DNA of 64,000 bases from the human T2T-CHM13v2.0 reference genome, Homo sapiens. Below, one piece after another: positions 31,085-45,400 of the stretch (within the stretch, counting starts at the first letter, position 1; every line of letters begins with the position of its first letter). A model generated the notes under the pieces. It saw only the letters and a list, made by a program, of their open reading frames with translations, was not told the DNA's origin and did no database searches. A program made the position numbers and the translations under genes. The stretch lies in the NCBI RefSeq assembly GCF_009914755.1, contig NC_060931.1; one strand, written 5' to 3'.

Positions 31085-31353
31085 TTTTTTTTTTTTTTTT
31101 GAGACAGGCTCTTGCTTTGTCACCCAGCATGGAGCATAATGGAATAATCACAGTTCACTGCAGCCTCCACCTCCTGGGCTCAAACAATCCTCCCTCCTCG
31201 GCCTCTCAAGAAGCTGAGACTACAGGTGCATGCCACCACACCCCACTAATTTATATATATATTTTTTATAGAGATGGAGTCTCACTATGTCGCCCAGGCT
31301 GGTCTCCAACTCCAGAGCGCTGGGATTACAGGTTTGAGCAACTGTGCCCGGCC
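31085..31353 (-). mobile_element. AluJ with internal deletion
   Basis: Poly-T, TSD caagat.gc. Confidence 0.85.
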
Positions 31354-31461
31354 CCAAGATAGCATCTTAGTAGATGAGAGCTTGATAACATTAAACTATC
31401 TCTTGTTTCCAGGTAGCAGAATTAAACTACTTCTAAATAATTGAAGTAAAAAGTCTTCTAG

Positions 31462-31870
31462 TATAGCAGACCCTCTGTAGTGGGAGTTTCCATATCTGTG
31501 GATATGGAGGGCTGAGTCTACCAGGCAATTTTATATGAGAAACTGGAGTATCTGTGGATTTTGAACTCTGCAAGAGTCCTGGAACTAATCCCCTTCAGAT
31601 ACCAAGGGATGATTGTGTCTATACTGCAAGACTTGAAATCCTGCCTGCACCACTTATTGGCATGAGATCTTGAGCAAGTTACTAAACCTTTCTATTCCTC
31701 AGTTTCCTTATCTATAGAATTAAGATAATAATAGAACTTACCTCATAGAATTGTTTTGAGGATTGGATGATTTTATTCATGGTATACACTCAAAATAGTT
31801 CTGGACACATTTAAGGAGTTCATTTATGTTAAGTACTCTGAACAGTACCTGGTTCAGTAATATTAGCCAT
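31462..31870. mobile_element. Tigger-family MITE (to about 31617) followed by MIR
   Basis: gtcctggaactaatcccc...gataccaaggg; cctcagtttccttatctat. Confidence 0.7.
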
Positions 31871-32242
31871 CACCATCATCATCATCAATATGTTCATCAT
31901 CGAAAACAATAATAAAGAGCCTATGAAGTAAATACTTGTAAAATTTGGAAAGGAAGCATATTCATGGAATGGTATACATTTTCCGACAGCAGTTTCAGGT
32001 TAAAAGTAAAAGAGCCAAGGGATATCCAGCTGCATCAGTTTAATTAAGTCGGTTTAAATAAATCTGATATAAATTAGCCATAAGTCTAAAATGGAGACAC
32101 CAAAGAAGTCAATGAGCATTTGTGACACTTACAACAGTGAACTTGGGATTTATTATGAATTATAATCAACTTAAACATTCTTCATAAGTGAATTGCCAGA
32201 AAATTTCTATTCTGTCACCAAGTGTGTGGTTCTGCTTAAGAG

Positions 32243-32532
32243 TTTTTTTGAGATGGAGTTTTGCTCTGTCACCCAGGAAGAGTGCAGTGGTGCAATCTTG
32301 GCTCACTGCAACCTCCACCTCTCGAGTTCAAGCAACTCTCCCTGCCTCAGCCTCCCAAGTAGCTGGGATTACAGGTGGGTGCAACCACACCTGGCTAATT
32401 TTTGTATTTTTTTGTAGAGACGGGGTTTCACCATGTTGGCCAGACTGGTCTCGAACTCCTGACCTAAGGTGATTCACCCTCCTCAGCCTCCCAAAGTGCT
32501 GGGATTACAGGCATGAGCCACCGCACCTGGTC
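32243..32532 (-). mobile_element. AluSx-like
   Basis: Full dimer, short tail. Confidence 0.9.
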
Positions 32533-32938
32533 CTGGTTATGCTTAAATTAACAGACATCATACATTTAAAATAAGTATTATTTTTAAAATTAAATCTATT
32601 AGATTTATCTAAGTAATAATAAATAATCACATTAACTGAAACATAATATAGTCTTAGCTTTTGGGTTATTTTCAAATAACTTGCTTTAAATGTAGGTAGC
32701 AAAATGGTTGCCACATTAAACATGTAGAAGAGCTGTGATTTCTGGTTAGCTGGCTGAAATCAAATCATCAACTCATCTCTGTTTATAAATTGTCTCAAGT
32801 ATAAGTATGGATATTTTTCTTATAGTAAAATTCTGTGAAGATAAATAATGGTTTTAAATGTAATAAATTGTCATATATTGATTAAATGAAGTCTTTTGCA
32901 GAAATATTTTCACATGAAATTGTGGCTATGGCTCTCAT

Positions 32939-32971
32939 TTCACCCTCTAGTGGTCTTATGACAATACTGCA
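32939..32971 (-). promoter_or_regulatory. Candidate CTCF site with upstream motif
   Basis: Minus strand TGCAGTAT-tgtcataaga-CCACTAGAGGGTG. Confidence 0.65.
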
Positions 32972-33192
32972 TTTTCCCTTTTTAGTCATCTCATAGTTGG
33001 TTGTACTTTCTTTGGTTAACACTTGTTTTACAGCTCAATGCTAAATGACTTAATCACATCTCTATATTAATGCATTGCTGTTGTTGAGTCTGTGCTAAAA
33101 TACTGCTCTTAATACAGTAGAGAATAATGGGTTTATTTTATTGTTTTCATGATGTTAATAGAATCAAGTCACACGTCCTGTCATCTACTTAC

Positions 33193-33364
33193 TCTTTTCT
33201 ATTAAGGTACTTTGGTTAAATGTTCGATATCTCCAAAATACGCTCTAAAAATCCTCATGGAGGGAAAAAGTAATTGGCAGTCTTCAGAATCTCATTGATT
33301 TACACTCTTCCCTCATCTGCAAACCAATTTAAAAATCATAATAAAGTGGTAAAAGATTATGGAC
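33193..33364 (-). pseudogene. Candidate exon: VHNLLPLYYDF*IG...RF*RLP...
   Basis: Acceptor ccttcttttgtcag|G, donor AGA|gtaagt, 172 nt; PLYYD and RLP motifs resemble the recalled RGS22/RGSL1 N-terminal head; contains stops. Confidence 0.55.
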
Positions 33365-33573
33365 CTGACAAAAGAAGGATAAACTTACACATTTTACTAA
33401 TCCTATCTGGAAGCTTGAAATATACATCAGATTTCTACAAGATGGTGAAAGAGGAAAAACATGCTATGTTTGTTTTTTTAAAAATGTTGTTCTAAAGCTC
33501 AATCATATGTGTTAATATGATACTGCATATTTTTCACCAAAAAGTGAGGTAAGCAAACAATAAGTAGTCTTAC

Positions 33574-33677
33574 CTGAATTACATGGATCACTGACAACAG
33601 CAATGAATACTTGTAAAGGTTTGCAAACAACCACACAAGTTAACTTTTCACTAAGACCCTTTGAGGAGAATATCAGT
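33574..33677 (-). pseudogene. Candidate 5' exon: LIFSSKGLSEKLTCVVVCKPLQVFIAVVSDPCNS
   Basis: Acceptor ttttcttacag|A, donor CAG|gtaaga, 104 nt, stop-free in one frame (ORF 33512..33703). Confidence 0.55.
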
Positions 33678-33760
33678 CTGTAAGAAAATTTTTTATTTTG
33701 CAAGTAACACTTTTTTTCCCCAATAATATTTTGGGAAGTCTGAATTTAAGCATTTACTAT

Positions 33761-35930
<2,170 letters not shown>

Positions 35931-36093
35931 CCTGAACCTAGATTGTGCTCTAGATTGTCCAGAGCATTAATCTGTTATTTTTCTTTTTGTTGGGTTTTGT
36001 TGTTTATTTTTTTCCCCTCTGTTCACTATTAAAGTATAGGACATTAATGATTCAGTAAAAATGTAAAGAAATGCCTATATCTTTATTACCTGG

Positions 36094-36539
36094 TGTGATG
36101 GTTAATACTGAGTGTCAATTTGATGGGATTGAAGGATGCAAAGTATTGTTCCCAGGTGTGTCTGTGAAGGTGTTGCCAAAGGAGATTAACATTTGAGTCA
36201 GTGGGCTGGGAAAGGCAGACCCACCCTTAATCTGGGTGGGTACCATCTAATCAGCTGCAGGTGCAACCAGAATAAAAGGAGGCAGAAGAATGTGAAAAGA
36301 CTAGAGTGGCTTAGCCTCCCAGCCTACATCTTTCTCCCATGCTGGATGCTTCTGCCCTCAAACACTGGACTCCAAGTTCTTCAGCTTTGGGACTTGGACT
36401 GGTTTCCTTGCTCCTTAGCTTGCAGACAGCCTGTTGTGGGAACTTGTGATTATGTGAGATAGTACTCTTTAATAAACTCCCCTTTATATATACATCTATC
36501 CTATTAGTTCTGTCCCTCTAGAGAACCCTGACTAATACA
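36094..36539 (+). mobile_element. MLT2A (HERV-L) solo LTR
   Basis: tgtgatggttaatactgagtgtc...gagaaccctgactaataca; TSD (c/t)ctgg. Confidence 0.92.
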
Positions 36540-37524
36540 TCTGGCTAAAGTAACAACCTCAGCTATTATTTTTTAACACTTCCCTGTAAGACTTGAACTA
36601 TAAGGCCAGGTAAATTCCCAAGATGGCAAACCGCCATCTTGGAATCTTAGGAGCGACATCCTCAAAATTTTTTAGAAGCAGATGATTGTTCAGTGACCAG
36701 CCCATTCCTTCTCACTTCTTAAAAATAAAGGAATCAAAATATAAACAAGAGCTTGTTTATCTGATCCTTTATACAAGATACACTATGAGTAAGGGTAAAA
36801 CCTATGTCCTGGTCTTATTTTACACCTGTTGTCATAGCTTAATTTTTAGTGATATTCACTTTGACTTTCAAAAGTGTTCCAGTTTAAGACAATAAATTAT
36901 ATTGTCATTTTGCCTATTAGATCTTCAGTATAATCCATTAACAATAGCATGTCATACTGAAACCACCTAACCACTATTAGAAGTTGCCCAGTACCAGACA
37001 GAATTCTTAGTTGCAAGACTTGGAAACTCTTTGTGGAAAACATAAGCAAAAAATGAATTTCTTGGAGGCATATGGGACAACTCGCTGTATGCAGAGAAAA
37101 CTGAAAAACTAGTGTCCCTTTGCACCAAAACTAGAACAGCTCCTGGAGATGAGCTAAGAGAAACTGTTGAACAGCCTATTTAGGGTGCCATGAATTGAGA
37201 CATTTTGCCTCAGAGTTTCATTGTTTGTGACATTCTGCTAAGGTATCAGATTTAAAGACAGGGCATCTGATTGGTCTTGGGTCAAGTGTTCCTTTTTTTT
37301 TCTTATTTATTTATTTATTTATTTATACTTTAAGTTCTGGGGTACATATGCAGAACACGCAGTTTTGTTACACAGTTATACATGTGCCAAGGTAGTTCGC
37401 TGCACCCATCAAACCATCACCTGCATTAGGTATTTCTTCTAATGCTATCCCTCCCCTAGCCCCCCACCTCCAACAGGCCTTGGAGTATGCTCTTCCACTC
37501 TCTGTGTCCATGTGTTCTCATTGT

Positions 37525-40500
37525 TCAACTCCCACTCATGAGTGAGAACATGCAGTGTTTGGTTTTCTGCTCTTGTGTTAGTTGGCTGAGAATGATGGTT
37601 TCCAGCTTCATCCATCTCCCTGCAAAGGACATGAACTCATCCTTTTTTATGGCTGCATAGTATTCCATGGTATATATGTGCCACATTTTCTTAACCCAGT
37701 CTATCATTGATGGACATTTGGGTTGGTTCCAAGTCTTTGCTATTGTGAATAGTGCCATAATAAATATATGTGTGCATGTGTCTTTATAGTAGAATGAGTT
37801 ATAATCCTTTGGGTATATACACAGTAATGGGATTGCTGGGTCAAATGGTATTTCTACCTCTAGATCCTTGAGGAATTGCCACACTATCTTCCACAGTGGT
37901 TGAACTAATTTACACTACTAACAACAGTGTAAAGGCATTCCTATTCTCACACATCCTCTCCAGCATCTGTTGTTTCCTGACTTTTTAATGATCGTCATTG
38001 TAACTGGTGTGAGATGGTATCTCACTGTGGTTTTGATTTGTATTTCTCTAATGACCAGTGATGATGAGCTTTTTTTCATATATCTGTTGGCTGCATAAAT
38101 GCCTTCTTTTGAGAAGTGTCTGTTCATATACTTTGTCCACTTTTTGATGGAGTTGTTTATTTTTTTCTTGTAAATTTGTTTAAGTTCTTTGTAGATTCTG
38201 GATATTACCCCTTAGTCAGATGGGTAGATTGCAAAAATTTTCTCCCATTCTGTATGTTGCCTGTTCACTCTGATGATAGTTTCTTTTGGTGTGCAGAAGC
38301 TCTTTAGTTTAATTAGATTCCATTTGTCAATTTTGTCTTTTGTTGCCGTTGCTTTTGGTGTTTTTAGACATGAAGTCTTTGCCCATGTCTATGTCCTGAA
38401 TGGTATTACCTAGGTTTTCTTCTAGGCTTTTTATGGTTTTAGGTCTTATGTTTAAGTCTTTAATCCATCTTGAGCTAATTTTTGTATAAGGTGTAAGGAA
38501 GGGGCACAGTTTCAGTTTTCTGCCTATGGCTAGCCAGTTTTCCCAACACCATTTATTAAATAGAGAGTCCCTTGCTCATTGCTTGTTTTTGTCATATTTG
38601 TCAAAGATCAGATGGTTGTAGATGTGTGGTGTTATTTCTGAGGCCTCTGTTCTGTTCCATTGGTCTATATATCTGGTTTGGTACAAGGACCATGCTGTTT
38701 TGGTTACTGTGGCTTTGTAGTATAGTTTGAGGTCTGGTAGCATGATGCCTCCAGCTTTGTTCTTTTTGCTTAGGATTGTCTTGGCTATACAGGCTCTTTC
38801 TTGGTTCCGTATGAAGTTTAAAGTAGTTTTTTCCAATTCTGGGAAGAAAGTCAATGGTAACTTGATGGGAATAGCATTAAATCTATATATTGTTCTGGGC
38901 AGTATGGCCATTTTCAAGATATTGATTCTTCCTATCCATGAGCATGGAATGTTTTTCCATTTGTTTGTGTCCTCTCTTATTTCCTTGAGCAGTGGTTTGT
39001 AGTTCTCTTTGAAGAGGTCCTTCACACTCCTTGTAAGTTGTATTCCTAGGTATTTTTTTCTCTTTGTAGCAATTGTGAATGGGAGTTCCCTCATAATTTG
39101 GCTCTCTGTCTGTTATTGGTGTATAGAAATGCTTGTGATTTTGCACATTGATTTTGTATCCTGAGACTGCTGAAGTTGCTTATGAGCTTAAGGAGATTTT
39201 CGGCTGAGATGATGGGGTTTTCTAAATATACAATCATGTCATCTGCAAACAGAGACAATTTAACTTTCTCTTTTCGTTTTTGAATACCCTTTATTTCTTT
39301 CTCTTGCCTGATTGCCCTGGCCAGAAACCCCCAATACCATGTTGAATAGAAGTGGTAAGAGAGGGCATCCTTGTCTTGTCTTCTGCCAGTTTTCTTTCTT
39401 TTTTTTTTTGAGATGGAGTCTCGCTCTGTTGCCCAGGCTGGAGTGCAGTGGTGTGATCTTGGCTCACTGCAAGCTCTGCCTCCTGGGTTCATGACATTCT
39501 CCTGCCTCCTCAAGTAGCTGGAACTTCAGGTGCCCACCACCATGCCCGGCTAATTTTTTGTATTTTAATAGAGATGGGTTTTCTTTTTTTTTTTTTAGCC
39601 ATTTTTTATACTTTTTATTATTTTATCATATACAGGTAGAGAGAAGAATGTAAGTAATTCCCATAATAGTGCCGTAAGATTGTAATGGAGTGATTAATTT
39701 TATTTGGTATAATGAGTAATGGAACACATTTGGATCTTGATCTTAAAGAATGAGTAGGACTTTGTCAGTTAGGTTGGAAAAGGACAATTCTAGTTAAACA
39801 AAAAGTTCATTCTGCATTTCTACTTCAACAAAAGTAGGTCATCGCTTTTCAAGCTCCCAAGGCTAACATGACAGCAGGTTAGCACCATCTCACAAGTCCT
39901 TGTCAAGAATTTGCTACCATGGGAAAGAATCTTCATGTCAAGAAACTCTCCCTTAGTCAATTTCTTTTTTTTTTCTTTTTTTTTTTTTTTTTTGCAGGAT
40001 GGTCTCAATCTCCTGACCTTTTGATCTGCCTGCCTCAGCCTCCCGAAGTGCTGGGATTACAGGCGTGAGCCACCGCATCCAGCTATTGTACTGGTTTTCA
40101 AAGGGAATGCTTCCAGTTTTTGCCCATTCAGTATGATATTGGCTGTGGGTTTGTCATAAATAATTCTTATTATTTTGAGACACATTCCATCAATACCTAG
40201 TTTATTGAAAGTTTTTAGCATGAAGGCCTGTTGAATTTTGTCAAAGGGCTTTCCTGCATCTATTGAGGTAACCATGTGGTTTTTGTCATTGGTTCTGTTT
40301 ATGTGATGGATTATGTTTATGTATTTGCATGTGTTGAACGAGACTTGCATCCCAGGGATGTCGTCGACTTGATCACGATGGATAAGCTTTCTGATGCGCT
40401 GCTGGATTTGGTTTACCAGTGTTTTACTGAGGATTTTTGCATCGATGTTCATCAGAGATATTGGTCTAAAAATTTTGTGTTGTTGTGTCTCTGCCAGGTT

Positions 40501-42049
40501 TTGGTATCAGGATGATGCTGGCCTTATTAAATGAGTTAGAGAGGAGTCTCTCTTTTTCTATTGTTTGGAATAGTTTCAGAAGGAATCGTACCAGCTTCTC
40601 TTTGTACCACTGGTAGAATTCGATTGTGAATCCATCTGGTTCTGGACTTTTTTTGGCTGGTAGTCTATTAATTACTGCCTCAATTTCAGAACTTGTTATT
40701 GGTCTATTCAGGGATTTGACCTCTTCGTGCTTTAGACTTAGGAGGGTGTATGTGTCCAGGAATTTATCCATTTCTTCTAGATTTTCTAGTTTATTTGCGT
40801 ATCGGTGTTTATAGTATTCTCTGATGGTAGTTTGTATTTCTGTGAGATCAGTGGTGATATCCCCTATATCATTTTTTCATTGCGTCTATTTGATTCTTCT
40901 CTTTTTTCTTCTTTTTTATTCTGGCTAACAGTCTACCTATTTTGTTGATCTTTTCAAAACACCAACTCCTGGATTCATTTATTTTTTGAAGGGTTTTTCG
41001 TATCTCTATCTCCTTCAGTTCTGCTCTGATCTTAGTTATTTCTTGCCTTCTGCTAGCTTTTAAATTTGTTTGTTCTTGCTTCTCTAGTTCTTTTAATTTT
41101 GATGTTAGGGTGTCAATTTTAGATCTTTCCTACTTTCTCTTGTGGGCATTTAGTGCCATAAATTTCCCTCTACACACTGCTTTAAATGTATCCCAGAGAT
41201 TCCGGTACATTGTGTCTTTGTTCTCATTGGTTTCAAAAAACATCTTTATTTCTGCCTTCATTTTGTTATTTACCCAGTAGTCATTCAGGAGCAGGTTGTT
41301 CAGTTTCCATGTAGTTGTGCAGTTTTGAGTGAGTTTCTTAATCTTGAGTTCTAATTTGATTGTGCTGTAGTCTGAGAGAGTGTTATGATTTCTGTTCTTT
41401 TGCATTTGCTGAGGAGTGTTTTACTTCCAATTATGTGGTCAATTTTAGAATAAGTGAGATGAGGTGGCTTGAAGAGTGTATACTTTGTTGATTTTGGGTG
41501 AAGAGTTCTGTAGATGTCTTTTAGGTCCACTTGGTCCAGAGCTGAGTTCAAGTCCTGAATAGCCTTGTTAATTTTTTGTCTCGTTGATCTGTCTAATATT
41601 GACAGTGGGGTGTTAAAGTCTTCACTATTATTATGTGGGAGTCTAAGTCTCTTTGTAATTCTCTAAGAACTTGCTTTATGAACCTGGGTGCTCCTGTATT
41701 GGGTGACTATATATTTAGGATAGTTAGCTCTTCTTGATGCATTTATCCCTTTACCATTATGTAATGCCCTTCTTTGTCGCTTTTGATCTTTATTAGTTTA
41801 AAGTCTGCTTTATCAGAAATTAGGATTGCAACTCCTGCTCTTTTTTGCTTTCCATTTGCTTGGTAAATATTCCTCCATCCCTTTATTTTGAGCCTACGTG
41901 TGTCTTTGCATGTGAGATGGGTCTCCTGAATACAGCACACTGATGGGTCTTGACTTTTTATCCAATATGCCAGTCTGTCTTTTAATTGGGGCATTTAGCC
42001 CATTTACATGTAAGGTTAATATTGTTATGTGTGAATTTGACCTTTTCAT
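37525..42049 (-). pseudogene. L1 ORF2 (endonuclease/reverse transcriptase), disrupted and Alu-interrupted
   Basis: [46 protein letters not shown] fragments in several frames. Confidence 0.92.
39395..40084 (-). mobile_element. AluY in L1 ORF2, split by a 410-bp insert (39584-39994)
   Basis: Alu halves resume at gggttttc...caggatggtctc; degenerate 15-bp TSD ending gttttc. Confidence 0.9.
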
Positions 42050-42120
42050 TATGATGCTAGCTGATTATTTTGTCTGTTATTTGATGCAGTTTCTTCATAG
42101 TGTTGAAGGTCTTTACAATT

Positions 42121-43137
42121 TCATATGTTTTTGCAGTGGCTGGTACCAGTTGTTCCTTCCATGTTTAGTGTTTGCTTCAGGAGCTCTTGTAAGGCAGACC
42201 TGGTCGTGACAAAATTTCGCAGCATTTGCTTGTCTGTAAAGAATTTTGTTTGTCCTTCACTTATGAAGCTTAGTTTGGCTGGATATGAAATTCTGGGTTG
42301 AAAATTCTTTCCTTTAAGAATGTTGAATTTTGGCCCCCATTCTCTTCTGGCTTGCAGGGTTTCTGCTGAGAGATCCACCATTAGTCTGATGGGCTTCCCT
42401 TTGTGGGTAACCTGACCTTTCTCTCTGGCTGCCCTTAAAATTTTTTCCGTCATTTCAACCTTGGTGAATCTGACGATTATGTGTCTTGGGGTTGCTCTTC
42501 TTGAGGAGTATCTTTGTGGTGTTCTCTGTATTTCCTGAATTTGAATGTTGGTCTGTCTTGCTAGGTTGGGGAAGTTCTCCTGAATAATATCCTGAAGAGT
42601 GTTTTCCGACTTGGTTCCATTCTCTCTGTCACTTTCAGGTACACCAATCAAAAGTATATTTGGTCTTTTCACAAAGTCCCATATTTCTTGGTGGCTTTTT
42701 TCATCGCTTTTTATTTTTTTTTCTCTAATCTTGTCTTCTCACTTTATTTCATTAAGTTGATTTTCAATCTCTGATACCCTTTCTTCCACTTGATCGATTC
42801 AGCTATTGATACTTGTGTATACTTCACGAAGTTCTTGTGCTGTGTTTTTCAGCTCCATCAGGTCATTTATGTTCTTCTCTAAACTGGTTATTCTAGTTAG
42901 CAATTCATCTAAACTTTTTTCAAGGCTGTTAGCTTCCCTGCATTGGGTTAGAACTTGCTCCTTCTGCTCAGAGGAGTTTGTTATTACCCACCTTCTGAAG
43001 CCTACTTCTGGCAATTCGTCAAACTCATTCTCCATCCAGTTTTGTTCCCTTGCTGGCAAGGAGTTATGATCCTTTGGAGGGGAAGAGGCATGGTGGTTTT
43101 CCGAATTTTCAGCCTTTTTGCACTGGTTTCTCCCCAT
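42121..43137 (-). pseudogene. L1 ORF1, disrupted
   Basis: MGRNQCKKAENS... stop at 42799; KRPNILLIGVPE...RISYPAKLSF. Confidence 0.9.
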
Positions 43138-44433
43138 CTTTGTGGATTTATCTACCTTTGGTCTTTGATGTTGGTGACCTTCGGATGGGGTCTCTGAGTG
43201 GTGTGCTATTCCTTTCTGTTTGTTAGTTTTCCTTCTAGCAGTCAGGCCCCTCTGCTGCAGATCCGCCAGAGTTTGCTGGAGGTCCACTCTAGAACCTGTT
43301 GGCCTGGGTATCACCAGCGGAGGCTGCAAAACAGCAAAGATTGCTGCCTGTTCCTTCCTCTGGAAGCTTCGTCCCAGAGGGGCACCTGCCAGATGCCAAC
43401 CAGAACTCTCCTGTATGAGGTGTCTGTCAGCCCCTACTGGGAGGTGCCTCCCAGTTAGGATACACAGGGGTCAGGGACCAACTTAAGGAGGCAATCTGAC
43501 CCTTAGCGGAGCTTGAACGCTGATCTGGGAGGTCCACTGCACTTTTAAGAACTGTCAGGCAGGGACGTTTAATTCTGCTGAAGCTGCACCCACAGCTGCC
43601 CCTTCCCCTAAGTGTTCAGTTCCAGGGAGACGGGGGTTTTATCTACAAGTACCTTACTGGGGCTGCTGCCTGTTTTTCAGAGATGCCCTGCCCAGAGAGG
43701 AGAAATCTGGCAGTCTGGCCACAGTGGCCATGCTGAGCTGCGGTGGGCTCCGCCAAGACAGAAATTCCTGGTGGCTTTGTTTACACTGAGAGGATAAAAC
43801 CACCTACTCAAACCTCAGCAATGGCGGACGCCCCTCCCTCAACCAAGGTCGAGGGTCCCAGGTCAATCTCAGACTGCTGCTGTGCTGGCAGCGAGAATTT
43901 CAACCCAGTGGATCTTAGTTTGCTGGGTTCTCTGGGGGTGGGACACATCAAGCCCGACCACTTGGCTCCCTGGCTTCAGCCCCCTTTCCCGGGGAGTGAA
44001 GAGTTCTGTTTTGTTGGCGTTCCAGGTGCCACTGGGATATGGGAAAACAGTCCAAAGGGCCACCCAGTTTTGTACTTGAAACCCATGGCCCTGGTGGTGT
44101 AGGCACTGGAGGGAATCTCCTGGTCTATCCGTTGCGAAGACTGTGGGAAAAGCACAGTATCTGGGTTGGAGTTCACCCTTTCTCCTGGTGCAGTTTCTCA
44201 AGGCTTCCCTTGGCTGGGGGAATGAAATCCCTGACCACTTGCACTTCCCAGGTGAGGCGATGCCCCACCCTGCTTCGGCTCGCCCTCCATGGGCTGCACC
44301 CACTGTCCAAACCAGTCCCTATGAGATGAACCAAGTACCTCAGTTGGAAATGCAGAAATCACTCATCTGCGTCAATCTTGCTGTGAGCTGCAGAGACTGG
44401 AGCTGTTCCTATTCAGCCACCTTGCCAGTGTCC

Positions 44434-44732
44434 TTTTTTTTTTTTTTTTTTAGATGGAGTCCCACCCTGTCACCCAGGCTGGAATGCAGTGGTGTGTGAT
44501 CTCAGCTCACTGCAACCTCCACCTCCTGGGTTCAAATGATCCTCCTGTCTCAGCCTCCCGAGTAGCTGGGATTACAGGCACCTGCCATCATGCCCAGCTA
44601 ATTTTTTTATTTTTAGTAGAGACGGGGTTTCACCATGTTGGCCAGGCTGGTCTAGAACTCCTGACCTCGTGATCCGCCCACCTCGGACTCCTAAAGTGCT
44701 GGGATTACAGGCTTGAGCCACCACACCTGGCC
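44434..44732 (-). mobile_element. AluSg-like, abutting the L1 5' end
   Basis: gttggccaggctgg...gacctcgtgatcc. Confidence 0.9.
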
Positions 44733-45336
44733 AAGTGTTCCTCTTAATGATAGGGAAGGTCGAGCACTTTAATTGGCAATTCTGCCAAATGATATACAAT
44801 GGGAAAAGTGAAACAGAATTGAGATAGAAGGAAAGGTTGCTGGGCAGGAAAATCACAAAGTTTCACCACCTATCATCAGGTAATATTGAGGATTTATCTC
44901 AGGGGAGGTTTCAACTGACATGTATGATGCCGTACAGTTGAGAAATCCTCTTTTAGAGACTTGAGTTCATTCTTAAGACATAGGAAGACTTTTATATTAT
45001 CATTTTAACCAATTGTTTAAAATTTCTACTCAACTTACTTTCACAAAATCCTCAGGTAAAAGTAAAGAGGCATATGATGAACAACTGCTCTTTGCAGGTA
45101 AACAAGTTCATCTACTTTTAACTCCTCCACATCTTGTTTCTGTTTGGATTTGTAGAAGTAGTAACTGAGGAAACACACAAAAATATTAAAACAATGTTTG
45201 AGATCCATATTTCTCAATCTGGCATTTAATATTCTTCACAACTAAACCCAATCCTATTTTTCCAGCTCTATCACACCTACTCAGATATCCTGGGAAATAT
45301 ATCTACTCATCAATTCCAAACATCCACAATGTTTTC

Positions 45337-45400
45337 GTGATCCACCCGCCTTGGCCTCCCAAAGTGCTGGGATTACAAGCATGAGCCACCGCGCCTGGCC
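45337..45400 (-). mobile_element. Alu 5' 64-bp fragment with TSDs
   Basis: Flanks ccacaatgttttc / caacaatgatttc. Confidence 0.85.

Larger units (their letters stand above)
37293..44428 (-). mobile_element. Full-length decayed L1 (L1PA7/8-like)
   Basis: 5' end ggcaaggtggctgaataggaacagctcc, about 1.3-kb 5'UTR, ORF1, ORF2 with EN, RT (LFADDM) and C-terminal fragments, 3'UTR and A-tail. Confidence 0.95.

Noticed and set aside
36094-36539. MLT2A as a DUX4-responsive embryonic promoter
   Set aside because: The expected TGATTGGATTGA site reads TGATGGGATTGA here, so the sequence does not support activity.
37525-43329. RT/endonuclease ORFs as an active or novel retroelement
   Set aside because: Ordinary L1 ORF1/ORF2 with stops, frameshifts and an Alu insertion.
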